A DNA stretch of 62,417 nt, filler included, from Nemertoderma westbladi (GCA_032718475.1; 4 parts of 4 records of this genome joined end to end with filler, not necessarily neighbours in it), one strand, 5' to 3'. Shown: positions 22,535-35,055, numbered from the whole stretch's first letter. A program made the numbers and translations. The notes: generated from the sequence alone by a model not told the origin.

Positions 22535-25500
22535 ACTACTGGTGTACCTTATTGTAAGTCTGTTTACTGCTGGTGTACCTTATTGTAAGTCTGTTTACTG
22601 CTTGTGTACCTTATTACAAGTCTGTTTACTACTGGTGTACCTTATTGTAAGTCTGTTTACTGCTGGTGTACCTTATTACAAGTCTGTTTACTGCTTGTGT
22701 ACCTTATTACAAGTCTGTTTACTGCTGGTGTACCTTATTACAAGTCTGTTTACTGCTTGTGTACCTTATTACAAGTCTGTTTACTGCTGGTGTGCCTTAT
22801 TGTAAGTCTGTTTACTGCTTGTGTACCTTATTACAAGTCTGTTTACTGCTGGTGTACCTTATTACAAGTCTGTTTACTGCTTGTGTACCTTATTACAAGT
22901 CTGTTTACTACTGGTGTACCTTATTGTAAGTCTGTTTACTGCTGGTGTACCTTATTACAAGTCTGTTTACTGCTTGTGTACCTTATTACAAGTCTGTTTA
23001 CTGCTGGTGTACCTTATTACAAGTCTGTTTACTGCTTGTGTACCTTATTACAAGTCTGTTTACTGCTGGTGTGCCTTATTGTAAGTCTGTTTACTGCTGG
23101 TGTACCTTATTACAAGTCTGTTTACTGCTTGTGTACCTTATTACAAGTCTGTTTACTGCTGGTGTACCTTATTACAAGTCTGTTTACTGCTTGTGTACCT
23201 TATTACAAGTCTGTTTACTGCTGGTGTGCCTTATTACAAGTCTGTTTACTGCTGGTGTACCTTATTACAACTCTGTTTACTGCTGGTGTACCTTATTACA
23301 AGTCTGTTTACTGCTTGTGTACCTTATTACAAGTCTGTTTACTGCTGGTGTACCTTATTACAAGTCTGTTTACTGCTGGTGTACCTTATTACAAGTCTGT
23401 TTACTGATGGTGTACCTTATTAATATTACAAGTTTGTTTACTGCTGGTGTACCTTATTACAAGTCTGTTTACTGCTGGTGTACCTTATTACAAGTCTGTT
23501 TACTACTGGTGTACCTTATTGTAAGTCTGTTTACTGCTTGTGTACCTTATTACAAGTCTGTTTACTACTGGTGTACGTACCTTATTGTAAGTCTGTTTAC
23601 TGCTGGTGTACCTTATTACAAGTCTGTTTACTGCTTGTGTACCTTATTACAAGTCTGTTTACTGCTGGTGTACCTTATTACAAGTCTGTTTACTGCTTGT
23701 GTACCTTATTACAAGTCTGTTTACTGCTGGTGTGCCTTATTACAAGTCTGTTTACTGCTGGTGTACCTTATTACAACTCTGTTTACTGCTGGTGTACCTT
23801 ATTACAAGTCTGTTTACTGCTTGTGTACCTTATTACAAGTCTGTTTACTGCTGGTGTACCTTATTACAAGTCTGTTTACTGCTGGTGTACCTTATTACAA
23901 GTCTGTTTACTGATGGTGTACCTTATTAATATTACAAGTTTGTTTACTGCTGGTGTACCTTATTACAAGTCTGTTTACTGCTGGTGTACCTTATTACAAG
24001 TCTGTTTACTGCTTGTGTACCTTATTACAAGTCTGTTTACTGCTGGTGTACCTTATTACAAGTCTGTTTACTACTGGTGTACCTTATTGCAAGTCTGTTT
24101 ACTGCTTGTGTACCTTATTACAAGTCTGTTTACAGCTTGTGTACCTTATTACAAGTCTGTTTACTACTGGTGTACCTTATTACAAGTCTGTTTACTGCTG
24201 GTGTACCTTATTGCAAGTCTGTTTACTGCTTGTGTACCTTATTACAAGTCTGTTTACTGCTTGTGTACCTTATTACAAGTCTGTTTACTACTGGTGTACC
24301 TTATTGCAAGTCTGTTTACTGCTTGTGTACCTTATTACAAGTCTGTTTACTGCTGGTGTACCTTATTACAAGTCTGTTTACTGCTTGTGTACCTTATTAC
24401 AAGTCTGTTTACTGCTGGTGTGCCTTATTACAAGTCTGTTTACTGCTGGTGTACCTTATTACAAGTCTGTTTACTGCTGGTGTACATTATTACAAGTCTA
24501 TTTACTGCTTGTGTACCTTATTACAAGTCTGTTTACTGCTGGTGTACCTTATTACAAGTCTGTTTACTGCTGGTGTACCTTATTACAAGTCTGTTTACTG
24601 CTGGTGTACCTTATTACAAGTCTGTTTACTGCTGGTGTACCTTATTACAAGTCTGTTTACTGCTGGTGTACCTTATTACAAGTCTGTTTACTGCTGGTGT
24701 ACCTTATTACAAGTCTGTTTACTGCTGGTGTACCTTATTACAAGTCTGTTTACTGCTTGTGTACCTTATTACAAGTCTGTTTACTGCTGGTGTACCTTAT
24801 TACAAGTCTGTTTACTGCTGATGTACCTTATTACAAGTCTGTTTACTGCTGGTGTACCTTATTACAAGTCTGTTTACTGCTGGTGTACCTTATTACAAGT
24901 CTGTTTACTGCTTGTGTACCTTATTACAAGTCTGTTTACTGCTGGTGTACCTTATTACAAGTCTGTTTACTGCTGGTGTACCTTATTACAAGTCTGTTTA
25001 CTGCTTGTGTACCTTATTACAAGTCTGTTTACTGCTTGTGTACCTTATTACAAGTCTGTTTACTGCTTGTGTACCTTATTACAAGTCTGTTTACTGCTGG
25101 TGTACCTTATTACAAGTTTGTTTACTACTGGTGTACCTTATTACAAGTTTGTTTACTGCTGGTGTACCTTATTACAAGTCTGTTTACTGCTGGTGTACCT
25201 TATTAATATTACAAGTCTGTTTACTGCTGGTGTACCTTATTAATATTACAAGTCTGTTTACTGCTGGTGTACCTTATTAATATTACAAGTCTGTTTACTG
25301 CTGGTGTACCTTATTAATATTACAAGTCTGTTTACTGCTGGTGTACCTTATTACAAGTCTGTTTACTGCTGGTGTACCTTATTACAAGTCTGTTTACTGC
25401 TGGTGTACCTTATTACAAGTCTGTTTACTGCTTGTGTACCTTATTACAAGTCTGTTTACTGCTGGTGTACCTTATTACAAGTCTGTTTACTGCTGGTGTA

Positions 25501-26678
25501 CCTTATTACAAGTCTGTTTACTGCTTGTGTACCGTATTACAAGTCTGTTTACTGCTGGTGTACCTTATTACAAGTTTGTTTACTGCTGGTGTACCTTATT
25601 ACAAGTCTGTTTACTGCTGGTGTACCTTATTAATATTACAAGTCTGTTTACTGCTTGTGTACCTTATTAATATTACAAGTCTGTTTACTGCTGGTGTACC
25701 TTATTAATATTACAAGTCTGTTTACTGCTGGTGTACCTTATTAATATTACAAGTCTGTTTACTGCTGGTGTACCTAATTACAAGTCTGTTTACTGCTGGT
25801 GTACCTTATTACAAGTCTGTTTACTGCTGGTGTACCTTATTACAAGTCTGTTTACTGCTGGTGTACCTTATTACAAGTCTGTTTACTGCTGGTGTACCTT
25901 ATTACAAGTCTGTTTACTGCTTGTGTACCTTATTACAAGTCTGTTTACTGCTTGTGTACCTTATTACAAGTCTGTTTACTGCTGGTGTACCTTATTACAA
26001 GTCTGTTTACTGCTGGTGTACCTTATTACAAGTCTGTTTACTGCTGGTGTACCTTATTAATATTACAAGTCTGTTTACTGCTGGTGTACCTTATTAATAT
26101 TACAAGTCTGTTTACTGCTGGTGTACCTTATTAATATTACAAGTCTGTTTACTGCTGGTGTACCTAATTACAAGTCTGTTTACTGCTGGTGTACCTTATT
26201 ACAAGTCTGTTTACTGCTGGTGTACCTTATTACAAGTCTGTTTACTGCTGGTGTACCTTATTACAAGTCTGTTTACTGCTGGTGTACCTTATTACAAGTC
26301 TGTTTACTGCTTGTGTACCTTATTACAAGTCTGTTTACTGCTTGTGTACCTTATTACAAGTCTGTTTACTGCTGGTGTACCTTATTACAAGTCTGTTTAC
26401 TGCTGGTGTACCTTATTACAAGTCTGTTTACTGCTTGTGTACCTTATTACAAGTCTGTTTACTGCTTGTGTACCTTATTACAAGTCTGTTTACTGCTGGT
26501 GTGCTTTATTACAAGTCTGTTTACTGCTGGTGTACCTTATTAATATTACAAGTCTGTTTACTGCTGGTGTACCTTATTAATATTACAAGTCTGTTTACTG
26601 CTGGTGTACCTTATTAATATTACAAGTCTGTTTACTGCTGGTGTACCTTATTACAAGTCTGTTTACTGCTTGTGTGCT
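22535..26678. repeat. 31-bp satellite array (~4.1 kb, ~130 units) inside the FBF1-like intron
   Basis: Unit ctgctggtgtaccttattacaagtctgttta. A 37-bp variant carries an extra taatat. No spacers. Confidence 0.98.
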
Positions 26679-26689
26679 TTCACATATTA

Positions 26690-27000
26690 TTACCCCCCCC
26701 CCCCCCCCCTTTATGAGATTGCATGGTATTTGAAACATAGATAGTTTCATCTCCCTCCTCCTAGCTGGGTGGGACATAATATTTGTTGTCGCTTTCATTC
26801 TTTCTCTACAAGCTTTTAAATAAACTGTCTCCGTCGATATTGCACCAGTTACATTATAATAGTTTGTTGGTACTGAAGAAAAGCTGGCCTTGCAAGATTT
26901 CAAAATATGGTAATTTGCTTGCGAAATAGCTGCGATATGAGCGTTCGAATGTTGCATGCATTTACTTACACTGCTGGCCATTTATTACTATTTAATAACA
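26690..27000 (-). mobile_element. Arm of the foldback element family (see 6895-7530)
   Basis: Reverse complement of ~7140-7480 (atgagattgcatg...tttgaaac...ttggtactga...aaagctggccttgcaag). Confidence 0.7.
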
Positions 27001-27217
27001 TTTTGTTTAAATATGAATATCCAGTACTAGTATTAACTATATAGGCATTGCATTGTTGCTGAGCTACTTATGAAATGAACAAAGTGTTCCAGGATATGTT
27101 GTATTTATTTACTGTAGAATAAAATGGCTCCCAGCGGATTAAAAAGCATACAATAATAGAACACCCAATCACAGCTATTTCCGAACCAAATTCAAATGTT
27201 TTTTACATTTTTTAAAT

Positions 27218-30200
27218 CCTTGCCCGGCCGCAACAATTCTTTGAGTCCCTTTCCTGATGACCTTTCTGGCCAAAACCCTGGGTCACCAGGAAGGCCAGAT
27301 TGTGAGGGGGAGAGGGATTCTCGAGTTGGAGGCTACTCTCATGTTCCACCCCGACCAACAAAGCCATTGGTGAATCTGAGGCAAGTTACTAGACTAGCCT
27401 CAGTAGTAAACACCCTAACACTCGGGTCCCAAATGCGACAAGGTGAGCTGATTGCCTTGGCAGATAAGTTCTCTCTTAGCGCAGTGGGTGTTCAAGAGCA
27501 CCGAATGCAGACTGGACTGACTGATGAGGTTCTGATTAAGGACATGGGGGGGCGGTTGGCGATTCGCCCTCGCGTCAGCAAATGATAGTGGCAATGGTGG
27601 AATTTGGTCTATTGATGAATCCAACTGCACATGCAGCATTGGACAAAATAGACCAAATCTCTAACCGCATCATCCGTTGCTACTTCTCATGTTCTGGAAG
27701 ACTGGCTAAGAAGTTTCCTAAGGTGGTTCTGATTGTGTGCTACTCTCCAACTAGTGTTGCCCCTGTAGAGGAGGTGGAAAATTTCTACCACAATCTACAA
27801 GCAGCTACTGATGGAGTGGATCAGCATGCATTCTTAACATTCCTGGGAGACTTTAATGCAAGTCTGCATCAATCACCTACATCGCCCTGGGTCTATAGCA
27901 ATAGTGTTAACCGAAATTCCGTCCATCTTCAGGATTTTATCTCTGGAAATGGATTGTTTTCGGCTGGAACCCAGTTCAAGAAGCGAACTGGAAAGCTATG
28001 GACTCATAGTGGACCCAGTGGTCACAAGTCCCAGATAGACCATATCCTGTTTCGTAGGAAATACAGGAGCTCTATACAAGACTGTAATGCATTTTCACTT
28101 TGACCCTTCTCCAGTGATCACCGCCTTATTGTGGCCAGGGTAAGACTTAGTCTGCGTGCTAGCAGAACAACGAAATCTGCCTTGCCGCGGCATAACTGGT
28201 CCTCTCTGTTGCAACAGCCAAGTGTGAGATCCAGCTTTACACTACAGCTGAGCAACAGGTATGAGGTTCTTGCCTCTGAGGCTGAAGATCACTGTGAGGG
28301 CTATACTGCCTTCACAGAAGCAGTTAAGTTAGCAGCTGCAGAAACAGTTCCTGTATACCCTCGAAACAGGAAAAGGGCCCCCTGGACTGACAACAAAATT
28401 CAGAAGTGCCGAAATGACCTCTATAAGGCGCAGAAAGAGTCCCGACTCAAACAGACTACAGCGGCCAAGAATGCAGTTAGGGCTGCATCTAGGTCCCTGA
28501 ACAGGCAGTACTCTGTTAATCTACAGGAGCTAATAAACCAACAGGTTGATGCCATCAATGATGCTGATGACAGCAGGCAATCATCCCAGGCATGGAAATC
28601 GATTAACTTGCTTACTGGTCGGAAAAGCCAACCAACCACCAATGTTAAGGCTGAATCACCAGCTGATCGCCTCAATGGTTGGAAGGCCCACTTTGAAAAG
28701 CTCCTCAATAATGACAGGGTATTGCCTGATAACTTTATAGAAGTAAAAGTGTCTGAGTCTGTACTCCCAGATATTCCCATTGGCGATATCTCCTTTGCAG
28801 GAGTGAAAGCTGCTGCAAAGAGCATTAAGGCCAATCGTGCCAGTGGAGTAGATGGTGTTCCCCCTGAGGTCTTTAAAATACCTGAGTGTTTAAAGCTCAT
28901 CTATCCCATCATAGTAGACATGTGCCGAACAACAAGAGTCCCACAAGAAATGAAAACAAATAAGTTGGTGCCAGCTCCCAAGAAGGGCAACCTAACACTC
29001 TATGGTTCTTTTCGGGGAATCTTATTGATCTCGATTGCTGCAAAGCTATACAATAGAATTCTATTAAATCGCATCAGGGATCCCATTGAGAGACTGCTCC
29101 GTGGAAATCAGAATGGGTTCCGTAAAGGCCATGGGACCATGGAGCCTATTTTGGCACTTAGTAGGATAAATGAAGAGTTATCAAAAAAGAAAGACAGGCA
29201 TCTGGCTATTATCTTTGTTGACTTATTCAAGACCTTTGATTCAGTCTCGCGCTCACGTATGTTCAGCATACTTTCATTATATGGGATTCCTGATGAAATT
29301 ATTACAGCAATCAGATCAGTATACGATGGTTCGACAACATTTGTGTCTACTGTTGACGATGATACAGAACCATTTGAAGTGTTATGGGGCGTCCTCCAGG
29401 GAGACACACTTGCACCATTCTTGTTCATAATTGTGGTTGACTATGTTCTACGCATGTCCTTAGATCATCATAATGATGATGGGGTGATGATAACTCCACC
29501 TACTGGCTCCAGAAGTCGAGGAAATCCTGCGAAGTACCTAACTAATCTAGACTTTGCTGATGACTTAGGAGTACTCTCAGAATCACTAGAGGGAACCCAA
29601 CGGCTCCTCAGCTCATTAGAACATGCTGCTTCTAGTGTTGGTCTTTTTATTAACTCCAGAAAGGCCAAAATTTTGACAGTTAACTTTGAAAGTCCTCAGC
29701 AAGTCTCTGATCGGATGAGCATAAGCTCAAATGATGGTATGCTTGAGCATGTGGACGACTTCTGTTACCTGGGATTATGGATCCGGAAGTCAGGTGAGGA
29801 CCTTCGAATACGTAAGGGAAAGGCATGGGCAGCCTTGAATAGGCTTTCCAGGATTTGGAAGTCACCGAGAATTAATCGGAAACTTAAGGTCCGATTATTT
29901 AGAGCAACCGTAGTTCCAGTACTCCTCTATGGGAGTCCATGCTGGGCTCTAACTGCCGAGGACACCAAATCTCTGTATGGCACTTTCACAAGAATGCTAC
30001 GCCGGGTTCATTGTGTCAAGTACAATGCACACATCTCCGACCAGACACTATATAACATTGGAGGTGTCTCATTGGTTCCCCCAAGCTTGACACTAGAACA
30101 AAATCGCCTCCGCTTTGCAGGACATTGCTTTTGCCGTGAGATCCAGCCAGTGCATAATCTTGTACTTTGGCAACCTCATGCCACCTTGAGACGCATCTTA

Positions 30201-30355
30201 AAGGACACTGGCCTTGAAGATGCGGATGATCTAGCAAATGTCATGGGTGATAGGGAGTTGTGGCGGCGCAATTTTGTCTACAAGCCGGCACAGCATTCTT
30301 AAAAATGCAGCTGCTATGCAGCATGCCGATCCTAGTAGTAGTAGTAGTAGTAGTA
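27218..30355 (+). mobile_element. Near full-length RTE-clade non-LTR retrotransposon (APE endonuclease plus RT), with inactivating changes
   Basis: EN motifs VGVQEHR, CYSPT, LGDFNA, SQIDHIL, SDHR. RT motifs QNGFRKG, FVDLFKTFDSV, GVLQGDTLAPFLF, DFADD. Short 3' UTR with (TAG)n tail at 30333-30355. Two frameshifts at ~27550-27605 and an in-frame TGA at 28101. The 5' boundary is approximate. Confidence 0.93.
28104..30302 (+). CDS. RTE-like reverse transcriptase region, continuing in frame from the endonuclease past a TGA
   Basis: ORF 28131-30302 with the RT motifs. About 40 bp appear deleted near 30180 relative to the copies at 1.6 kb and 61.5 kb. Confidence 0.88.
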   Translation, partial: PFSSDHRLIVARVRLSLRASRTTKSALPRHNWSSLLQQPSVRSSFTLQLSNRYEVLASEAEDHCEGYTAFTEAVKLAAAETVPVYPRNRKRAPWTDNKIQKCRNDLYKAQKESRLKQTTAAKNAVRAASRSLNRQYSVNLQELINQQVDAINDADDSRQSSQAWKSINLLTGRKSQPTTNVKAESPADRLNGWKAHFEKLLNNDRVLPDNFIEVKVSESVLPDIPIGDISFAGVKAAAKSIKANRASGVDGVPPEVFKIPECLKLIYPIIVDMCRTTRVPQEMKTNKLVPAPKKGNLTLYGSFRGILLISIAAKLYNRILLNRIRDPIERLLRGNQNGFRKGHGTMEPILALSRINEELSKKKDRHLAIIFVDLFKTFDSVSRSRMFSILSLYGIPDEIITAIRSVYDGSTTFVSTVDDDTEPFEVLWGVLQGDTLAPFLFIIVVDYVLRMSLDHHNDDGVMITPPTGSRSRGNPAKYLTNLDFADDLGVLSESLEGTQRLLSSLEHAASSVGLFINSRKAKILTVNFESPQQVSDRMSISSNDGMLEHVDDFCYLGLWIRKSGEDLRIRKGKAWAALNRLSRIWKSPRINRKLKVRLFRATVVPVLLYGSPCWALTAEDTKSLYGTFTRMLRRVHCVKYNAHISDQTLYNIGGVSLVPPSLTLEQNRLRFAGHCFCREIQPVHNLVLWQPHATLRRILKDTGLEDADDLANVMGDRELWRRNFVYKPAQHS

Positions 30356-30520
30356 CGGAGCCCCTAAGAGGACATGAAATCCTCGTTTTTTTCTTAGTAT
30401 AGATATCAGCTAACTCAATATATTGTGTTAGAAGACATGTGACTTCTACTCAATATTTTGAGTTAGCGGAATTCTATACTAAGAAAAAAACGAGGATTTA
30501 ATGTCCTCTTAGGGGCTCCG
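30356..30520. mobile_element. Hairpin MITE inserted at the LINE (TAG)n tail, TA-flanked
   Basis: cggagcccctaagaggacatgaaatcctcgttttttt... / ...aaaaaaacgaggatttaatgtcctcttaggggctccg. Near-complete palindrome with TA at 30354-30355 and 30521-30522. Confidence 0.88.
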
Positions 30521-30523
30521 TAC

Positions 30524-30775
30524 CGGCCAGCTTTCCATCGGTACCTACAAATCACTTCAAGGTTGAAGAACAAAATATCACCGGAGACACATTTTTTAAA
30601 CGCTTGTTTGTAGCTAATGTTATCTGGCTCTAAGAATTCTAAAGAATTCTGGCTCACCCTGTAAGGAAGAGGGAGATAATAATATCTCTGTTTCAAACTT
30701 CATGCAATCTCATTACGATTTGTAGAACATTTTAGGGGGTCCAAGTCACTATATTTCGACACTATATTCCGGGGT
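30524..30775 (+). mobile_element. Arm of the foldback element family
   Basis: Matches ~7262-7530 (aattctggctcaccc...catgcaatctcatta...cgacactatattcc). Confidence 0.72.
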
Positions 30776-30822
30776 ATATTATCAATTCATGTTATAATTT
30801 ACCTTTTGTTTGATATTGACAG

Positions 30823-30910
30823 ATGAAAGTGGACCTTCTGGTTTCGGATCGTATGTCCCGTCTGCAGCCTCTGGTACCAGTTCACCGTTGCTAAACAGGT
30901 CATCCGTGAG
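30823..30910 (+). CDS. FBF1: FBF1-like exon
   Basis: gacAG acceptor, DESGPSGFGSYVPSAASGTSSPLLNRSSVR, ag|GTGAGT donor. FGSYxPS..SVR motif recalled from FBF1. The phase-1 start fits the previous exon. Confidence 0.62.
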
Positions 30911-31035
30911 GTGAGTTTAAAATCTACCTGCAGTCAGAATTATAGTGTGTTTGTGGGATGTCGGATAATCTCTCAAATCAATCTCAAAATAATGCGATTA
31001 ATATAATTTTATCAAGAAAGCGGCATCTTAGTCAA

Positions 31036-31758
31036 GTTTTACTGTGGAAGATCACTCATGGTGGTGAACAGGCATTACTTTAGGAAACAGAGTAGAAGGT
31101 TTTACTGTGGAAGATCACCCATGGTGGTGAACAATTATTCCTTTATGAAACAGAGTGGAAGGGTTTACTGTGGAAGATCACCCATGGTGGTGAACAGACA
31201 TTCCTTTAGGAAACAGAGTAGAATGGTTTACTGTGGAAGATCACCCATGGTGGTGAATAGGCATTCCTTTCGGAAACAGAGTGGAAGAGTTTACTGTGGA
31301 AGATCACCCGTGGTGGTGAACAGGCATTTCATTAGGAAACAGAGTGGAAGGATTTACTGTGGAAGATCACCCGTGGTGGTGAACAGGCATTCCTTTAGGA
31401 AACACAGAGTGGAAGGGTTTACTCTGGAAAATCACCCATGGTGGTGAACAGGCATTTCATTAGGAAACAGAGTGGAAGGATTTACTGTGGAAGATCACCC
31501 GTGGTGGTGAACAGGCATTCCTTTAGGAAACACAAAGTGGAAGGGTTTACTCTGGAAAATCACCCATGGTGGTGAACAGGCATTTCATTAGGAAACAGAG
31601 TGGAAGGGTTTACTGTGGAAGATCACCCGTGGTGGTGAACAGGCATTCCTTTAGGAAACATAGTGGGAGGGTTTACTATGGAAAATCACCCATGGTGGTG
31701 AACAGGCATTCCTTTAGGAAACAGAGTAGAAGGGTTTACTGTGGAGATCACCCATGGT
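31036..31758. repeat. 63-bp minisatellite (~11 copies) derived from a SINE body
   Basis: Unit aggaaacagagtggaagggtttactgtggaagatcacccatggtggtgaacaggcattccttt. The same sequence occurs once in the SINEs at 35056-35325 and 58194-58311. Confidence 0.93.
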
Positions 31759-32655
31759 TGTAGGAGTAGTAGAAGTAGTAGTATTATAGTAGGCAAATAT
31801 ATTTGTTACTTTGTCCACTTGTGGAAATAAAATTGAGCCCCCCCCCCCCCCCCCCCCCCCCCCCACCTGTCCGCCTGTAATCGCTATTCATACATATATT
31901 TAGGTTTATTTCCTCAAAAATAAAGACATATTTAACTTGTAACTTGTGAAGTATGGAAGTCATAATTAAATATTAAAATATAGGCCTACATACTTATTTT
32001 TCAGCATTGCCTAATTAACCTCTCATTCCTTTTCTGTTTCGGTAACACAAACTTGAATAAAAATAGTATCATCTTCAGATATTAATTATCTCATCGACGA
32101 TGTCTCTATGAGGAATAAGTGAATGGCAACCAACTGCGTATTCATATAATTTATCGGTTTTTGTAAACTCGAACTCTGACATAATCAATCACCGTTGGAT
32201 GATAATTGATGTTAATGACATACTGACTAACAGGGGGTTGGTATGTATATATTAAATTAAATTAAAGGAAGAACAGGAGTCTTACACCCCCCAATAAAAA
32301 ATATAGAATCAGGACATTTAGCCCAAAATATACTTCTCGACCCCTAGGGTCATCGAAGAACAACAAACACACAAACACAAACAAATATAAATACTTGCTA
32401 AACATACAGGTATGTGTCGCAACCCTAACCCTAAGCCTACCCGCCATACACTAATTGATACCGTTAATAAACTGCACAATAGCTAAGCCTGTATTCTATA
32501 AGAAAATATATGACAATTTTGTCGCCGTGAAGGGGGTATGACTGGGGCAAAAATAATTAATTTGTGAAAAATATGGTTGCGTTTCGGTGTCTTGGACCAG
32601 TACGCGCTAATCCTCGACACCTCGTCAGCTGGACATGGAATTAGCCAAGCCTATC

Positions 32656-32755
32656 NNNNNNNNNNNNNNNNNNNNNNNNNNNNNNNNNNNNNNNNNNNNT
32701 TAATTAATTAANNNNNNNNNNNNNNNNNNNNNNNNNNNNNNNNNNNNNNNNNNNN
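32656..32755. other. Assembly gap with spacer
   Basis: N run with TTAATTAATTAA. Confidence 0.97.
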
Positions 32756-35055
32756 TTACGAAAAGTTTTTTCGAGAACGGGATATGGGTGGGGACGTTTA
32801 TCGCCATCCTAGAGCCGGGGTACCGTGGGGGGTCGACGACACATCTTCCCGCCATAGTATCCCGGCTCAGTCCGGTGCACCTTAGGGCAGCCCCCATATA
32901 CCCTGAGCGTCCCTCTAGATTGGATGAAATCAGTAAATCGGCAGAACTGGCGGGTTTCTGCCTTGAAAATCCCGAGACTGACTCTATCCAGGGCTTGTGT
33001 TGTTGTTAATATTATTTCTTATTTGTAAATAAAGATTAATAATAATAAATATTATAGTAGATAAGATTGTCAATTTCTACTACATATATTTGTAACACCA
33101 AATTAAGCAGAATTGCTTTTATTAAAAAAAAAATAATGACTTTCCTAAACAATAAGCAATATACATAATCAAAATAAATAATGAATAATAATAAATATCA
33201 TTTATAAATATTGTATTTTTTAGATGATATTGAAGAAGGTGTGTGGGGGCAACTTGTGCCGAGGATTAAAGGGGGCGGCCTGCCCTTGCTACCGGAGGGG
33301 GTTGAAGGAGACATGGGTAATCGAAGGGGACATCCTCCTGCCAGCGATTTTGGATGCGGAAAAATAAGGTGGAACCCCACCCATTTTCATCGCGGTACTT
33401 TACCGCGATGTTTCTGAATAGGGGTAGGCATTTTAATATTCAAATTGATAATAAAATTTGCTGATTAAAAAATATAGAAAACCTTAACTAATCATTTACA
33501 TACAGTACTTACACTATTGTACTTTTTAATTAATTGATAGTAGCAATAATAAATTGAAGAACACCATGTTTGTAAGATATAAAAAATAGGCTACCAATTA
33601 AAGTCATACCAAAAACAATTATTCAACACCAAAATAATAAATGCTTTTTGGTGAGAAATATTCAAAATTGGGGGATGTAAATTGGTGAGAAGTAATTATT
33701 TCTGGTGTGAAATCATCTAATATGGGGTTGCAGTCAATTACTGTAGTTGCTTAAAAATATGACATTCTCGTTAAAAAATTGTTACATTAAAAATAATATA
33801 ATTATTGACATTTTATTACATTTCGCAATATGCAAAAACGTAATTCTCTAATGGCTATTATTATATTATTAAAACGTAATATTTGGATAATTTAGATTAC
33901 AAATTTAGTTTCAATATTTATATTTCAAATATTATTTACATTTTCAGTCTATTAGGGATTTGTCGACAGCGCAAACGTTCGCAGAACTCAATCATGGGAA
34001 CGTTGAAAGCAATAGATTTTTTACCCGCGATGTTAATATCAGGCAGGTTGTGGAAATATGGGAGCCGGCCTACCGCGAGAATAAATCCCAGGGAGTAATC
34101 CCCTTGGTACCAACGGCGGTTATGTCCGCCAAAGCAGATATGTCTGCATTCAGAAGAACAGTACCGCCAGACTGTTTCAGTTTTAATTATTTACATCATT
34201 TCATATTTACAATAGTAGCTAGATAGTTGACATATCTGTATAGGTGGTGGGCGTTTATTTACATTTTTGATAATTAAAAACACATGTGATCAAAACAAGT
34301 TTAGTTAATTATAGTATTACATTCGGTATATAATTGTTATTTTACCATATGTATTAAGATAAAGGAGGAAAACTGGACGCAATAAAAATTCTTCCCTCTC
34401 CAGGGGAAATTGGACGCAAATAACAGATGAATACTCTCAAAAATAAAACTGGTACCTGTTCTATTGAGTTTAGTTTATTGTTTTGGTTAAAATAATGTGC
34501 CACAGTAAACTGCCCCTTTCCCTACATTGAGAAATTAACATTGATGCGGGATATTAATCCAGTTAGTCGATCGGTCATGCCCTATCAAAATTATTTAGTA
34601 AAACATGATATGTATAATTTTTATAAATTGATCCTTCAATCCTTCCCTTTCCAAAATCCAATAGTCCCCGAGCGTTTAAGAAAAGCTTTTGGAAAATTAA
34701 ATGATTGTCTTCAATTTCCTATTATTAAAACTACATTATATATATTCGGGAGTAATAATATTAGCACTAAATACCCATTTCTTCAATTAAAATATCGGAA
34801 TTGAATGATATTTTTTGTAATTAACTTATTATTTATAGTACATTATCATACTATTGCATTATGAGTCACTATACTATATTACTATACAGTAGGCATATTA
34901 CCATATTACGATATTTTACATGCAGAACCAGTTTCTCATTGTTATTTAATACAGAATAACATTTTTAATGTGAATTTGAATTTCCCGCTGTCCCTCTGCA
35001 GTGATTTTATTATTATCAATACCATTGTATGATGCATTTGTTCTTATTATATGAT

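Noticed and set aside
22542-26617. Many overlapping ORFs, and a possible CRISPR array
   Set aside because: Translations of a 31-bp satellite. Units are directly adjacent with no unique spacers, no cas genes are present, and the context is a eukaryotic intron.
31058-31763. ORFs with 21-aa repeats
   Set aside because: Products of the SINE-derived 63-bp array, with frameshifting units.
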